Shown piece after piece: positions 26,167-39,400 of a stretch of DNA of 64,000 bases. Where the stretch lies: positions 279,931,875-279,995,874 of the forward strand of contig NC_058135.1 in NCBI RefSeq assembly GCF_016433145.1. Direction: 5' to 3'. This DNA comes from Gracilinanus agilis (lineage: Eukaryota). Numbering within the stretch: position 1 is the stretch's first letter; the number at the start of each line of letters is the position of its first letter. The notes beneath the pieces were generated by a model. It was not told where the DNA came from, made no database searches, and saw only the letters and a program-made list of their open reading frames with translations. Made by a program: the position numbers and the translations under genes.

Positions 26167-26510
26167 ACACTTGTCTTCTGTAGGATCTGTGACAAGTCAC
26201 TAAATATCTCAATCTCAGTTTCTTCATCTCTAAAATAGCATTTGCCATCTTAAAGCTGTCATGAGGATCAATGAGATCTGAAAAATGTTCAATGTTATGA
26301 GAACACTGAAGTGCTAAATAAATGCTATCATTCTTTTCTATCCAAATGTAATAACATAAAATATTATGAAAATGGCAATTCTGTATCTGTGATTATGAAC
26401 CCTCTACCTCCTCATACCTTGAAGAGAAGAATACAATTTTGCTTTCACATAACACACATATTACAGAACTCAGTGAAATTGTCATTAGTCATCTAATATA
26501 TGATACCTAC

Positions 26511-26830
26511 CTGGATCCTTTAAGATGATGACAAGAATACAAGTAACTTCACCTAAGGATATCTTCAATTAGAACCTCAATGTAAAGAGAAGAGGATTTG
26601 TAGAAACTCTCCTCGGTGCTAAAAACCTAGAATACTCCAGGGTATTATCTATTTTCTTCAGTCGCTGTTGTTCCTTAGATCTTGGTCACAATACTATTAC
26701 AAGATATGCTAAAGCAACAGAAAACTGCTCCTGTTTTAATTAATACATAAATGATGACAACAGCTAAATGTCAAACTTGTCCAATGGACATTTATCCAAA
26801 TTAAGACTTAAAGGACTTTCTGTATCTTTT
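26511..26830 (-). other. Predicted non-coding first exon of G2 (intron 21669-26510)
   Basis: Donor CAG|GTAGGT; acceptor ttctcttttcCAG, 29 nt before the ATG; TATAAAA 28 nt upstream of a TCA initiator. Confidence 0.6.
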
Positions 26831-26990
26831 GATCATAAACCTGTAGTAGATTTTTATAAAAGAGGGGATGCTGATGCTCTTAAGGGACAAAGATTACTCT
26901 GAGGATATCTAAAGTTACTTAGCACTCACCTCTGAAAAGCACATAATAGCATACCCAGGTCTGTAGGGAACCAATCACAATTATTACTAA
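26830..26990 (-). promoter_or_regulatory. Putative G2 promoter
   Basis: TATAAAA at 26858-26852; TAATTG (minus strand) at 26983-26978. Confidence 0.55.
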
Positions 26991-27519
26991 GGAAGTCATG
27001 GATGTAGTTGGATGTTTTTGTCAAGGCATCTCCATGGTACACAGAAAATATGGCTGCTCTCAGAAGAGACAAGAAAGTAGGGGCCATAAGCTCACTAAGT
27101 ATAGACCTGATGGAGCTACCTCAAAGACAGCAGGAAAACAGGAAAGGAAGATGATAAGTCCCTTTGACCCCAGGCTTAATGCCTTCTAATAATGCAGCTT
27201 CCATTCATTTGTCTCTCAATAAAAATGCCTGATGAGGGAATGGGAGGTATGCAGAGATTTAGTAGATTAATGACGGTGATGTAAGAAAGACGAAATAAAA
27301 GAGAACCAATGAATCATTCAAAAAAACATACAGAAAATAGTAGAAGGTATTTCAACATGGGACAAAGACAAGTAGTGCAATTTTACTATTGATTAAATAT
27401 AATAAACATTTAAAAATTCTATGTAATGAAAATTAATAGCTTCATGTGTTATTTTCTTCTATTATTTGTGTATTGAAATGATTGCTTGTTCATGCTTACT
27501 TTTGCTCTTGTACAGTCAT

Positions 27520-27750
27520 TTTTCAATTATTCTTGACTCTGTGACCACATTCTAGGTTTTCTTAGCAGAGATGGGTTGGTTTGCAATTTCCTTCTCAAAC
27601 TCATTTTACAGATGAGGAAGGGAGGTAACCAGGATTAAGTGACTTTCCCAGAGTCATACATCTAGAAAGTGTCTGAGGTCAAGTTGAACTCATGAAAAGG
27701 GATCTTCCTAATTCCATGTTCAATTCTTTCTATCTATCTATCTGCCATAA
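27520..27750 (-). mobile_element. MAR1/CORE-type SINE, shared with unit 3 (48960-49200)
   Basis: CORE-SINE sequence (ctcattttacagatgagg...aagtgactttccc) with an RTE-like tail. Confidence 0.75.
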
Positions 27751-27987
27751 ATCTTAACATAATTTAAAATAAAGGAATAAGGAAGCCCGTGCCTTCATAC
27801 ATTTCAAGTAGCTAATTCCCAAATAATCCACTTATGTGCCAGTTAGGAGAGAACATAGTACAGCCTCTTTTTCTCTAGTTGTTTTTCCAGTCCAATAACT
27901 CAAACCTCAGAGACAGTCATTGCCTCTGTTGGAAACTGTCTCTGCATTATCCCATCTTTGCCTTGAAATGACAGGTGAATTTATTCT

Positions 27988-30900
27988 TAATATTTTTTAT
28001 TCCGAATTTTACAAAACCAAACAAAATAAATACTTCTACATACAAAGGGGAAAAAAAGATTGCACACAAATGTAATCACAAAACTCCTTTGTTTAGCTTA
28101 CTTTTCTTTATATCTGCACAATAAATCTTGTCCATTTGTGTCCAAGTCCTTTCCTACCCTCCCTGTAGCACTGAATATAGAGTCCAGGAGACCAACATAT
28201 ACATATAATTTAAGTCATTCATATTTCAACTTTCTGTTCACTTTATTTGGAAGTAACATCCACAGTTTATTCTTCCAGTATTAATTCTGTAGCTGTGTAT
28301 AATGTTCTCCTAGTTCTACTTATTTCACTGTTCATTATCCTATGTAGTTCTTTCCAAGTTTTTTAAAATCATACTGCTCATAATTTCTTATAATATTCCA
28401 TCAGAATCATATACCATAGTTTGTTTAGCCACTCCCCAACTGATGGTTATCCCCTCAATTTCCAACTTTTGCCACCACAAAGAGAACTATAATAAATATT
28501 TTATAACATATAGGTTCTTTTCCTTTTTCCCTCATCTCTTTGGGAAACACTCAGCAATGATATTGCTGTATCTAAAGGCATTCACAATGTCGTAATTCTC
28601 TGGGCATAATTCCACTCTGCTCTCCAAAATGATTGGATCCGTTTATAGCTCCATCAACAGCTTATTAGTATCTCCATTTTTCCACATCCCCTCCAATTTT
28701 TGTCAATTTGCCCTTTTGTCATTTTAAACAATCTGATGGATGCAAGGTGATATCTCAGAGTTGTTTTGGTTTGTTTTAATCTAATTAGTAGTGATTTAAA
28801 GCATTATGGCTTTGATTTCTTAATCTGAAAATTGTCTATTCATATCTTTTTACCCTTTTGTGAATATGAAAATACTTTAAAAATAATTTTATTCTTTAAA
28901 TGCAATTTCGATCATTGACTTCTTGTTGACCTTTTCCACATTTCCTCCTCCCTTTATCTCCCCCCCAATTTTTTATTTCAACTGTTTACAAAACCAAACA
29001 ATACAAATATTTCCATATACAAAAAAAGAAGATAGTACACTAATGAAATTACAAATCATTTCTATATTGTCCCAGTAATTTTTACCAGATACTGATTACT
29101 TATCCTCAAAACCTGAATCTATGCTTTTGTCAAATATAAGAATACTATAATCATTTACTGCTATTTATCTTTTATCTGTTCTGTTCCATTGATCTACCTT
29201 TCTATTTCTTTCAGTACCAAATAATTTTGATAATTAATGTTTTTAAAACAATTTAAAATATGGTAGATCTCCTTCCGTTACATTTTTCATTAATTTTTTA
29301 AATATTCTTGATCTTTTCTTCTTCAAAATGAATTGTGTTGTTTTGTCTAATTCAGTAAAATAAATTCTTAGTTATTTAATTGGGATGGCAGTAAATAAGT
29401 AGATTAGTTTAGGTAGGATTGTCATTTTTATTAAATTGGTTCTATCCATCCATGAACAACTGATATTTCTCCATTTATTTATATTGGACTTTATTTGTGT
29501 AAGCAGTGTTTTAAAATTATGTTCATGTAGTTCTTGTGCATCCGCTCACCTTACCCCCATACTTCTTGATTTGTACTCCCTTCTAGGTATCTCTCTCTTT
29601 TCTTATTCCCTTGCTCTTCTTTCTCTTAACCCACTCTTCCTTCTTTCCTCAGTCCCTCAAGGGAACTTCCAGTCCCTCCCTTATCCCATCCTCCTTCTTT
29701 CCTTTCTCTGTATGTTAAGATTTTTACCCTTCTAATTGTATATATGACTCTCTCTTTATTCCAGATCTGTTGAGAGTAGTACTATTAGCCCTTGACCATT
29801 CCCCCTTCTCTGTGGCAGTTCCTCCACTCATTTCTCCTCCATCTCAGATAGACATTCTACCCTTCCTTCTCTTGGTATACTCCTCTACCATTTTGGCTCA
29901 TTCCATTGCATTCACTTTAACTTCAAGTCTTCTATCTATACACATCCCTTCAAAATCCCAGGCAATGATGCCATTCCCAGGGTACACTGATGACAATTTC
30001 CCATACAGGAACCAAACAATTTGACCTCTTGGGTTGCTAGTGATTAGTCTTTCATCATTACCTTTTATGTTTCTTATAGATCAAATTTTCTATTGAGTTC
30101 TGGGATTTCCCCAGGAAGAGATGAAACTTCTTTAGTTCATTAAATATTCATTTTTTACCTTTTATAATTATGCTCAACTTTTCTGGATATGTTATTTTTT
30201 AGAATATATTTTATTTTCTTAATCACATGTAATAAAAATTTTACACATGTTTTCTAAAGTTATAAGATTCAAAATGTCTCCCTCCTCCTTTCCTTCTCAC
30301 CTCCTCCCAGAGATGGTAAACAAATATGTAATAATGTTAATAATAATATATAACACATCTATAAAATCATGCCAAATATATTTCCATATTGTTCATTGTT
30401 GTAAGAGAATGTCCATATAAAACCAAAACCACAAAATAAAAACACAAATAAACTAAAGCAAAAAATATAATTTGCATTCCAATTCTATGGATATATTATT
30501 CTTGGTGGTAAGCCTGATTCTTTTGCTCTATGAGATACCGTGTCTCATGCCCTACATTCTTTTAATGTTGCAGCTGCTATGTCTTGCATTTTTCTGACTG
30601 TAGCTCCAAAGTATTTTAATTTTTTTTCTTCTTGCTTGTAGTAGTATTATCTTCTTAACCTGGGGGCTACAAAATTTAGAAAATGATGTTCCCATGCATT
30701 TTCATCTTTGGGTCTCTTTGACTGGTGTAATTGGTGGATTCTTTCCATTTCTATTTTACCCTCTTGATTCTAAAACTTCTGGGCATTTTTCATTGATGAT
30801 TTCTTGGAATATAGTCTCTAAACTCTTTTTTTTAATTATAATTTTCTAGGAGTCCAAGTATTCTTATATTGTCATTCGTTGATCTGTTTTCCAAGTCAGT

Positions 30901-32266
30901 TATTTTTGGGATAAGATGTTTCATATTCTCTTCTATTATTTCATTCTTTTGATTTGCTTTATTCTTTCTTATTGTCTAAGAAAATCATCAGCTTCTCCTT
31001 GTCCAATTCTAGTTCTTAATAAATTATTTTCTTCCATGAGTTTCTAGATCTCTTTTTCCTTTCAAGTGATATTTCTTTCATAATCTTGATTTTTTTCATT
31101 GCTCTATTTCTTATTTTTTTGCTAATTTTTCTTCAACTTCTTTCATTTGTTTTTTGAGAGCTTTTTTCTTTTTAAGCTGTTCCAAAAGCTCTTTTTTTTG
31201 AACGTGTGGTCATGTATTGTATTTCTTTGCTGCTTTTGAAGTAGATATTTTTATTTTACTGACCTCTTAGTTTTAACTGAGATCTTTTCTGTCCCCACAA
31301 TAGCTATTAATAGCTGAGTTCTTTCTCCTTTGCTCTCATTTTTTTATTTTAGGGACCAAGCCAATAGACTTATAATTATTGTTTTTATGGAGTTCCATTA
31401 TCCTAGGATGCTGGGGTATGTTACAGGTTTCAGGATTTTTTGTGTTTATTTTTTTTCCTGTGCCCTATTTGGTTATTCAGATTTTTATAATCTACAGTAT
31501 GATGTAATCCCAATTCTCTTGCTTAAACTTCAGTCCATGATTGGTCTCAAGTTCCCCAACCAGAACCTTCAGGCAGTTCTGCCACTGCAAGTGCAAGTAG
31601 ACAGCTCATTTACCCCTATAGCAGCAACAAGGGATTCCACTCTCCTTAAGAGTGACAACAGCTTACAGAGTCCCAATTCCTCAGTAACTACACTTACTGG
31701 TGTACATTCATTCCTCACTCCTTTTCTTCTGCTGTCACAGTCCTGGATAGAATATGTTTCCAGTCTAGGTTCCTCAGGCATTCAAAGTCCCTTGATTTTT
31801 AGCAGCAAGCCAGAGTTCCCACTCCAGGGCCTGGAGCATTTACAGTCTATTGTGTCCACTCCTTCCATCCCAGCTATGGGCCAGATGGAGTCTTTGGAGC
31901 CAAGGCTATACTTGACATGGTTATTCCCAGGACCCTCCACTTAATGATTCAAGTGCTATCCTCTGGGATGCAAGCTCAGCTGTTCACCACACAAAAGAAG
32001 GTTGCCAGTTCTTCACCCAGGGTCTGCCTTGTTGATTCCACTCTGCTTGTTTCACTCCCATGGTCTATAGCAGTGAGACTGAGGCCATGGAAGTCAGATA
32101 CCTTCCTCCCTTGTTGACCTTGACTATTCAGCTCCATTCCCAACTTCTGACTGGTTTTGCCTCTTTTAGCACTGATTCTTTGGATTACTTTTATTGTTTG
32201 TAGGAGGTATGAGAAGGGTGAGGAAGCTTCGTGCCCTATTCTACCATTTTCCCTCAATACCATACG
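27988..32266 (-). mobile_element. Old L1 with 5'UTR, ORF1 and 3' end but most of ORF2 missing; contains nested fragments
   Basis: L1 ORF2 C-terminal, ORF1 and 5'UTR-like sequence on the minus strand. TSD AGGTGARTTTATTCT at 27973-27987 and 32267-32281; empty site in unit 3 near 49445-49460. Confidence 0.8.
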
Positions 32267-34583
32267 AGGTGAGTTTATTCTAAGGCAATTGACTCCTAAT
32301 TCTAGCAATTACATGTTCAATTTTGGTCAAATGAAGGACTATTCAAGTTTTCTTCATTCTTTATTATGCCTCCAACCTGCTTGACTTTCACAAATTCTTC
32401 ATAAGAGCTAAGTTAAAAATCCGATCTCAAAATCAAACACTCTCAGAGGTAGGAGCAACTCTAGATATCGCTGAGTCTGGTTCATACTTAAACAAGATTT
32501 CCTTTACAATGAGAGGGACATAATGGAGATAGAATTGCCAAACAGTAGTCTAATCATCACTGTCAAACCAAAACAAAAAATGTGGATGAGAAGTATATTA
32601 ACATAGATTCCCATAGCATTAAAGGATTATTATTCTCAAGTCACTTAATAGTTTACTTGCCCAAAATCATATAATGAGTGAGTAAAATATGCACATGGGC
32701 AACTTCCTACATTCTGCATCATGCACCTTTCTACTGTGAGAGCTGATCTAAAGTTTCCTCAGAGAGCTGAATTGAGATATTCTGAACTTCAGAAATGATC
32801 ATGAAGTGGGGATTAGTTATGAGAAATGGTTCAAATTTCACAAACTCCTATATCTGCAAAGTCAGTTATTGAAAAGCTATAGGAAATTATGCTTCTGAGA
32901 TCAGGAAGGAAAGAAAGGATTCAGCATCTGTGTTCTATGGAGGCTAAATATAATGTGAGTCTTAAGAGAGTTAGTGCACTAGGAAAATATAAATGTAGAG
33001 AATGTATTTTTTAATGTATGCTCCTTACTTAGAAGTATAAGCCTAATGATGATTTTACCATCTGGAAATTTTAATGAAAACACTCTTTATATCTTTATTC
33101 CTGAAGCTATCAATTAGAGGGCTTAATACTGAAATGACCATGAAATAGATATCTCTATAACCATGAAATTGATTAAGCACTGGATGACAGACTGTTGAAA
33201 ACAGTGAAGTGTTCTTCCCATCTCTCCAGGATTGAGTCCTCATCATTGATAAGTTTGCTCCATCAGTTCTAAGTAGTTGAGATGTCCAGAGGTCTTTAGG
33301 ATCTAAATAGTTCTCAGGGAATTATAGAAGTGTTTTGGATTATTTTTTATTTGTGGGAGGCTGAATCTCATCTACCTTCTTACTGAGTCTGGAATCCTGA
33401 ATATCCCTAGGCTTCATTTCCATTTTACTCTGGATGGAATTAAGGGCTGCCTTCTTAGAGAGAGATGAACTGTTCTGCTGGTAAACCCTGTGGAGTTCTC
33501 ATTTTCAACTAAAAGCTTTTGAATTTCTCCATCATTTTCATCAGAGCAATCCTGATATTTATGAGTGATCTATCCTAGAGGAGCAAATACAGTGCTATAT
33601 ACCATGTCTCTGAAAGTTATCCAATCCTTTTCTGCTCCACTGTTGTCAGCTATGCGCTAACTCAACCTTCCCTCCATGTCAGCAATAAACTGTTCATACA
33701 CAGAGAAGTATTGAAGTTAACCCCCCTTCAGTTGTACTTCCAATTGAATAATACATATTGAATACCATTATGTTATTTTCCTGTGGCAAAACACCTGGTG
33801 TGATTTTTATCCAAGTAGAAATTTACAGTAACGGGGAATCTACAACTCATATAAATATTTTTCTGGGTTATATGGCAAAAGGAGATTATCCCCAGAAGAT
33901 CACGGATGTTTCCATTGTTCATCTCTACAAAGTAAAAGGAAATAGATTGCCCTGGAAAGGTCTCTTTCTTAGTCATTTCTGGTAAGATTCTTGCCATAGT
34001 CCTCCTTAACCAGCTGATCCTTCACCTAGGAGATGGTTTTCTGCCTGAGAGCCAAACTGGCTTCAAAAAGGCTTCAAAAAAAGTGGTCAACATGATGCTC
34101 AATTCACAACAATTCCAGGAGAAATGCTAGGAGCAGAACAGAGGTCTGTACAGAATGTTCATCACCCTCACCAAAGCCTTCAATATTATCACTCATAAGG
34201 GTTTGTGGAAGATTATGATGAAATTTTGTTACCTGGAGAAGTATGTCAGTATTGTATGCCATTCTCATGGCAGCATGCTTTTATTGGTTATGGATGAAGG
34301 ATGAGGTTTTAAGGCTTTCCTGGTTATCAGTGGAGTGAAGCATGGCCTTATCCTTGGAATGATGCTTTGTGTGATATTCTCATCCTCTTTAACAAGGATG
34401 AGAACAGCATAAGGGTTACCTACTGCACAGATGGCAAACCATTTAACTTGAAAAGGTGACAAGTCAAGACTAAAGCCCCTGGAGAGTTGACACAAGACTT
34501 TCTGTTTGAAGATTATTGTGCACCCAGTGTGGTCTCTGAGACTGAGAGGAAACAAAATATGGATTAATTCTCTGTAGCTCATG

Positions 34584-35426
34584 TGTTATATTGAATCTCT
34601 GGGAGCTTGAAGTTCACCTTTGATTGACAAATAAGTCAGTTGGATGGAATGTTCCCAGGGAAGTCATGCGAGAGACAGGAGGAGGGGCAGTTGAGAACCC
34701 TGAAGAGTTCTGGGTCTTTGACCTGGGCTGAAGCTGGAGATCGGTGGATCCTGGTCTTGGAGTGAGAGGGTGCAAACATCTCTCTGCAAACTCTTCCTGT
34801 ACTTGAGATACCATTTCAACCTCTACCTGACCACCACCTTGGTGTCTACTGCCCCTAGCTATTAGGAGTTTCATCATCTAGATATCTAGGTTTCCCAGGG
34901 CCCGGGAGGGATCCGGGAAGTGGGCAGGAGACAAAGAAGAGGGTGGAAAGGGTGGACATAACTCAACTGTAAGGCTGAAGATCTATTGAAGAAGAAGTCA
35001 AAGATATCCCAGCAGTTTACCTACTCTGGTTTAGTCCTGGCCAGGATGAACCAGAGGGAAGCTACATTGATTCTTCATCTGCCAGCAGTTGAGATTTCAT
35101 TAATAACCATTAGAATAGGGTCTCCTATACCACAGTCCTTTACCCTTATCCTTCTTGTTTAATATAAAGTTTAAAGTACCTTCCTAAAGCAGTTTCAAAG
35201 CTTATTTTGGAAGGGAGAAATTGCAGTCAGAATACAAGTCGTAATCCTAGCTAAAGCCCAAATCAACATATCAATTAACCCCAGGTGGGTCCTGAAGGGA
35301 TATACCTCTTTGACCTGAAGGATCCTGCCTGGGCAACTGTTATAAGGGAGAAGGGTCATCTCATTTCTCTCTGTACATCATTTCTACCATCTCAAATAGA
35401 TCAAGAGACCTCCAATAATTATAACA
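34584..35426 (+). mobile_element. Solo ERV LTR nested in the RTE
   Basis: Termini TGTTATA...TATAACA and TSD CATG/CATA; the RTE sequence rejoins across it. Confidence 0.85.
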
Positions 35427-35874
35427 CATACTAATTTTTTCCTGATGACCAACCTCAGGATAACAGAGGTTCTTCACCAGTCAGAACCACATCATCCAAA
35501 CTTGGAACAATTGGTTACCATAAATGGAGAAATTTTGAATGCTGTAGATAAGTTCATTTGACAGTTTACTTTCAAGGGATGTCCATGTCAATGATGATGT
35601 TGATGCACACATCATCAGAGCTAGTTCAGCATTTGAGAGGCACCAAACAAAAGTGAGGAAAAGAAGAATTATTAAGCTTCATACCAAATTGACTGACTTC
35701 ATTGTTCTCTGCCTGTGGAATTCAGTCAACAAGTGCCATGCCAGAAAATTGAACCAATATCATTTGAAATGTCTTAAGAATATTCTGAAAATTATCTGGC
35801 AAGATATAGTACTGGACACTGAGTTTCTCTCTCAAGTTGTACTGCCAAACATTTAAACTTTCCTACAGGGAAAA

Positions 35875-36100
35875 TTAAAGTGACACAATGAATAGAGTAT
35901 CAGGCCTGAAATCAGGAAGAAATGAGTTCAAATATGGCATCAGACACTTACTAGTTGTGTGGCCCTGGGCAAGTTGCTTAACCCTGTTTGCCTCAGTTAA
36001 CTTTCTGTTAAATAAGCTAGAGAGGAAACTCCAAATAACTCCATTACCTTTGCAAAGAAAACTCCAATTGGGACATAAAGAGTTGGACAGAAGTGGGATG
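35875..36100 (+). mobile_element. MAR1/CORE-type SINE nested in the RTE
   Basis: gagttcaaat...cagacacttactag...gggcaag...ttaaccctgtttgcctcagt, plus an RTE-like tail. Confidence 0.75.
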
Positions 36101-36280
36101 ATAAAAATATTGCAGAGACTGCAACTCCAATGGACTGGACATGTTCCAATGACAATAACATATTTTCTTAAAAGACTATTTCACAGAGAATTCAGACAAG
36201 ACAACCACTCACATAGTGGCTTAAAGAATCAATGCAAGGATTCCTTCCAGGTCTCTGAAGAACTTTAGAATCTTTTGTGA

Positions 36281-36412
36281 TATGGAATTGTTCATTGGCT
36301 ATGGGAATGGGATAGGAGAAGGGAGAGAAAGAACATGAATCATGTAACCATGGAAAAATATTCTAAATTAATTAAATAAATAAAAGTTTTCGGGTTGGAA
36401 AATAAATAAATA
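36281..36412 (+). mobile_element. Short L1 3' tail nested in the RTE
   Basis: catgaatcatgtaaccatggaaaa plus A-rich tail. TSD AGAATCTWTTGTGA at 36267-36280 and 36413-36426; absent from the psi1 RTE copy. Confidence 0.85.
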
Positions 36413-39400
36413 AGAATCTATTGTGAAATATGGGTGATGCTATCACAGGTCTTACCAGGATGGCAGGCCCACATCAAAGAATATGTATATTCCTTGAACA
36501 AAGCAGATTTATAGAATCACAAAGAAAACAAGAGATAAACAAATCAAAATATATCTCCGTTCCAAATGTTCAAATGGACAATTTGTGTCTGACCTGTGGA
36601 AGAACATTTTGAACTAGTATGGGACTGATTAACCATTCAAATATACTGTTCCTTGATCCCAACATGCTGGTGCCATTGGTCCTCTTCAAACAAGAAGGAT
36701 GAAGAACCATAGCCATGAAATGCCTAGAACACATCTGTAAATCCCGATTCCTGTCCCACCAAACTTGAACATTGCTATGAGATGGGAATCACAAATGAAT
36801 AAGGCTTGTTGGGTTTTTTTTTCAGCACAACAGATTCTCATGATGATTTAGAAGATGAATAAGCAGACTGGTAAGATGATTAAAAAAAAGGACAAAAAAA
36901 GACATTGAGTCACACAATACCCCAAACAAATATACTGAGGTATATCTCAGAGTAGGAGAAAGCTGTAAGTACAAGAATGTAACTGAAAAAAAAATGAATG
37001 ACCACTTTAAAACTACAAAAAACAAAACCCAAGATGTCATCTGTGTAAATGGAGGAATTCAGAAAGTCACAAATATAGGAACTAATGGCCAAACCAGCAA
37101 ATATGCTAGATGTCATGATAATGTATACATTTTATGAAGCATCTTATATATAATAACTACATTTAGATCATAGCTCAATAGAAAATTTTAGATATGATAA
37201 GAGCCATAAGAAAAACAAACTGTACCATAAATCCATTGTAGGAAATGACCTGTTCCCCATGAAAAATACACACTGATATCAATTCAGCTCTAGACTGTCC
37301 TCATCTCTAGTATTCTCTAACCACTTATCATATGCAAGTTCTTGCACTGTCTAATCTCTGTCTTGCATTAGTCCTGCCATTCACTCATTTTTATTTGATT
37401 TGATAAACATTTATTAAATGTTAACTACATCCAAGGCACTGAACAGAATGCTCAGGAGATAAGTAAGAAAAACAAAGACATTCCCTTCCCACAAGAAGCT
37501 TACCATAAAATAAGGGAAGACAATAAACAAAAGATATCTGGAGAAGAAACAAAATGATGGTAGAGTCAATGGCATGATGGTGGTTATGATGATGAAGATG
37601 ATGAAGTCAAAACAAATGAAGTGGTTTGTGGCAAATGAGATGACTGAGATTTTGAGCCATTTATAAAGTGAGGCTATGGGGGGAAAAGTCTTTTCTCTTT
37701 ATTGAAACCTTCGATCAAAGGGGCAGAAGGTACTAGGAGTACTGATGGTTTGTCAGTATCAAAACTCATCTCAAAGATGATGAGTTACCTGATAATAAGC
37801 TTATTCTGGGTAAAGGTGAAGGGCATTTTGATGACAGAGATGGAGACAAAAATAGGAAGTGCATCTGGTAGGTGTTTTTGTTCCTATATAAGTGCTCCAG
37901 GTTGAAGCTGGAACAAAAAGTCACAAAAGAGTGCTGCTTGAATGCACTACAAAATCGAGGTTATTTAGCCTTAACTTGATGGCCTTCCTTTTATGCCTCC
38001 CTAATTACTTCACTATCCTTTCCACCACTGTAGATCTTCCAAACCTCTTCAGTGTTCCTCAGATCTTTAACAATTCCCCATCCCCTACCTGTTCAGCTGA
38101 GAATATAGGCTCATATTTTTCAGGAAAAGGCATTTAATTCATTCACTAAAAGTTACCTCTTCTATACCATCTCATATCACCCAGATGCTTTCTGCCATCC
38201 TCTCTTTATTTTCTTCTGTCTTAAATAAATGAATGTCCTTTTCCCTGTCAAAGAAAATCCCTCTAACATGCACCTGTTAACCCATTCCATCCCATCTTCT
38301 CTGGCTAGGAGGAAAAAGTTCACAGTAGCAAAAGCCACAAGTTAAAATTTATGCACAACAACATATCCCTTATATGAGATGACCATATTCCTTGTGTGAC
38401 ACCTCGTCATCACTCTGAGAGTAGAGCTAAAGAGTAAATAAAGTTTGACATGTGAGGGAGGGACTTAGATTAGCTGAAGAGAAATTCAAAAAGCCCTAGG
38501 AATGTGGATGTAGCCTTTTGACACCTCTTATTTCAATTAACTTAAGTAGTATGAATTCTTATCTCACATGGTCTGATGAGAGGCAATGATCTCAGTGAAA
38601 AAAGCCTCAAAGATTTTCCCCCATCTGAGAGCATGTAGCCCTGAGAAAAATGTTTATATGGAATTCTGTAGTTTATTTTCTATCACTTTTTATGTTTAGG
38701 GAATGAAATGTCTGACCATGGAATTTTCAAAAAGTCATGAAATTAAGCTAGAGGAATACAATAATTGAAGTTCATGCCAGATTTTGTAGTCATTTCATCT
38801 TTGATGTTCAGAGGGGCAAGGAACAATCTCTGAGAGTGACCTCCAGAGGTACATTTCAGGAAGAGATGAGAGGCAAAAATTCATCTCACAGCCCTCCTTC
38901 ATATGGATGAGAACTTGATGGGACCAATGGTATGTAAGAACTGAGCTAAATTGGAAGCTTGTTCTCCCAAGGGACTAAGATGGCATAGAGAGGATTGTGC
39001 TCTCCATATTCCCAGGGTATTTGGGAACATATTCATGCATTATTTTTCTTGCCATATCTTAGAAGCAAATATTCTGATGTAATAGTTGATCAATGACAAA
39101 TAAAAATATGGCACTAACCACTGGCTCATATCAAGATTTAACAGTTATAATTTCATACATAGTTAATAATTACATATTAAAGATTTGGGGTAAAGAAACT
39201 TTCAATTGATAAATTGAGAAAATCTGAGAAAAACAGAATGAGCCCTGATAGGAGATAAAATAGGGCAGAGAAATTGGACTTCTTCTAGTTATGAAGGAGT
39301 CTAGTCAGAAAGGTAACAAATTAAAAATGACTAAGCACCCCTGAGCAGATGGTTTCCTTGCTGAACAGTATCACCCAGGCATGGTCCTGACAACTAGTAA

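Larger units (their letters stand above)
33170..36708 (+). mobile_element. RTE-clade LINE, 5'-truncated with inverted 5' segment (33170-~33710 minus; ~33710-36708 plus)
   Basis: Degraded RT-region translations (FSCGKTPG, VHLYKVKGNR; HARKLNQYHLKCLKNILKIIWQD), an RTE-type 3' end (ggtcctcttcaaacaagaagg), and TSD ATARCCATGAAAT at 33157-33169 and 36709-36721. Confidence 0.9.
33055..37275 (-). pseudogene. OR5B-like pseudogene psi2, split by a 3.5-kb RTE insertion
   Basis: 36709-37275 gives VISYNG, MTSSIFAGLAISSYICDFLNSSIYTDD, IIMRICCAE (~ILRMHSAE) and DSHLIAMFKFGGT (~[13 protein letters not shown]). 33055-33169 gives YFMVISVLSPLIDSFRNKDIKSVF (~[20 protein letters not shown]). The two halves rejoin across a 13-bp TSD. 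Confidence 0.9.

Noticed and set aside
33170-33246. MRTQSWRDGKNTSLFSTVCHP looked like the OR TM6 motif ([16 protein letters not shown])
   Set aside because: At nucleotide level it is the inverted RTE segment and lies inside the TSD. The real TM6 of psi2 is at ~36730-36830.
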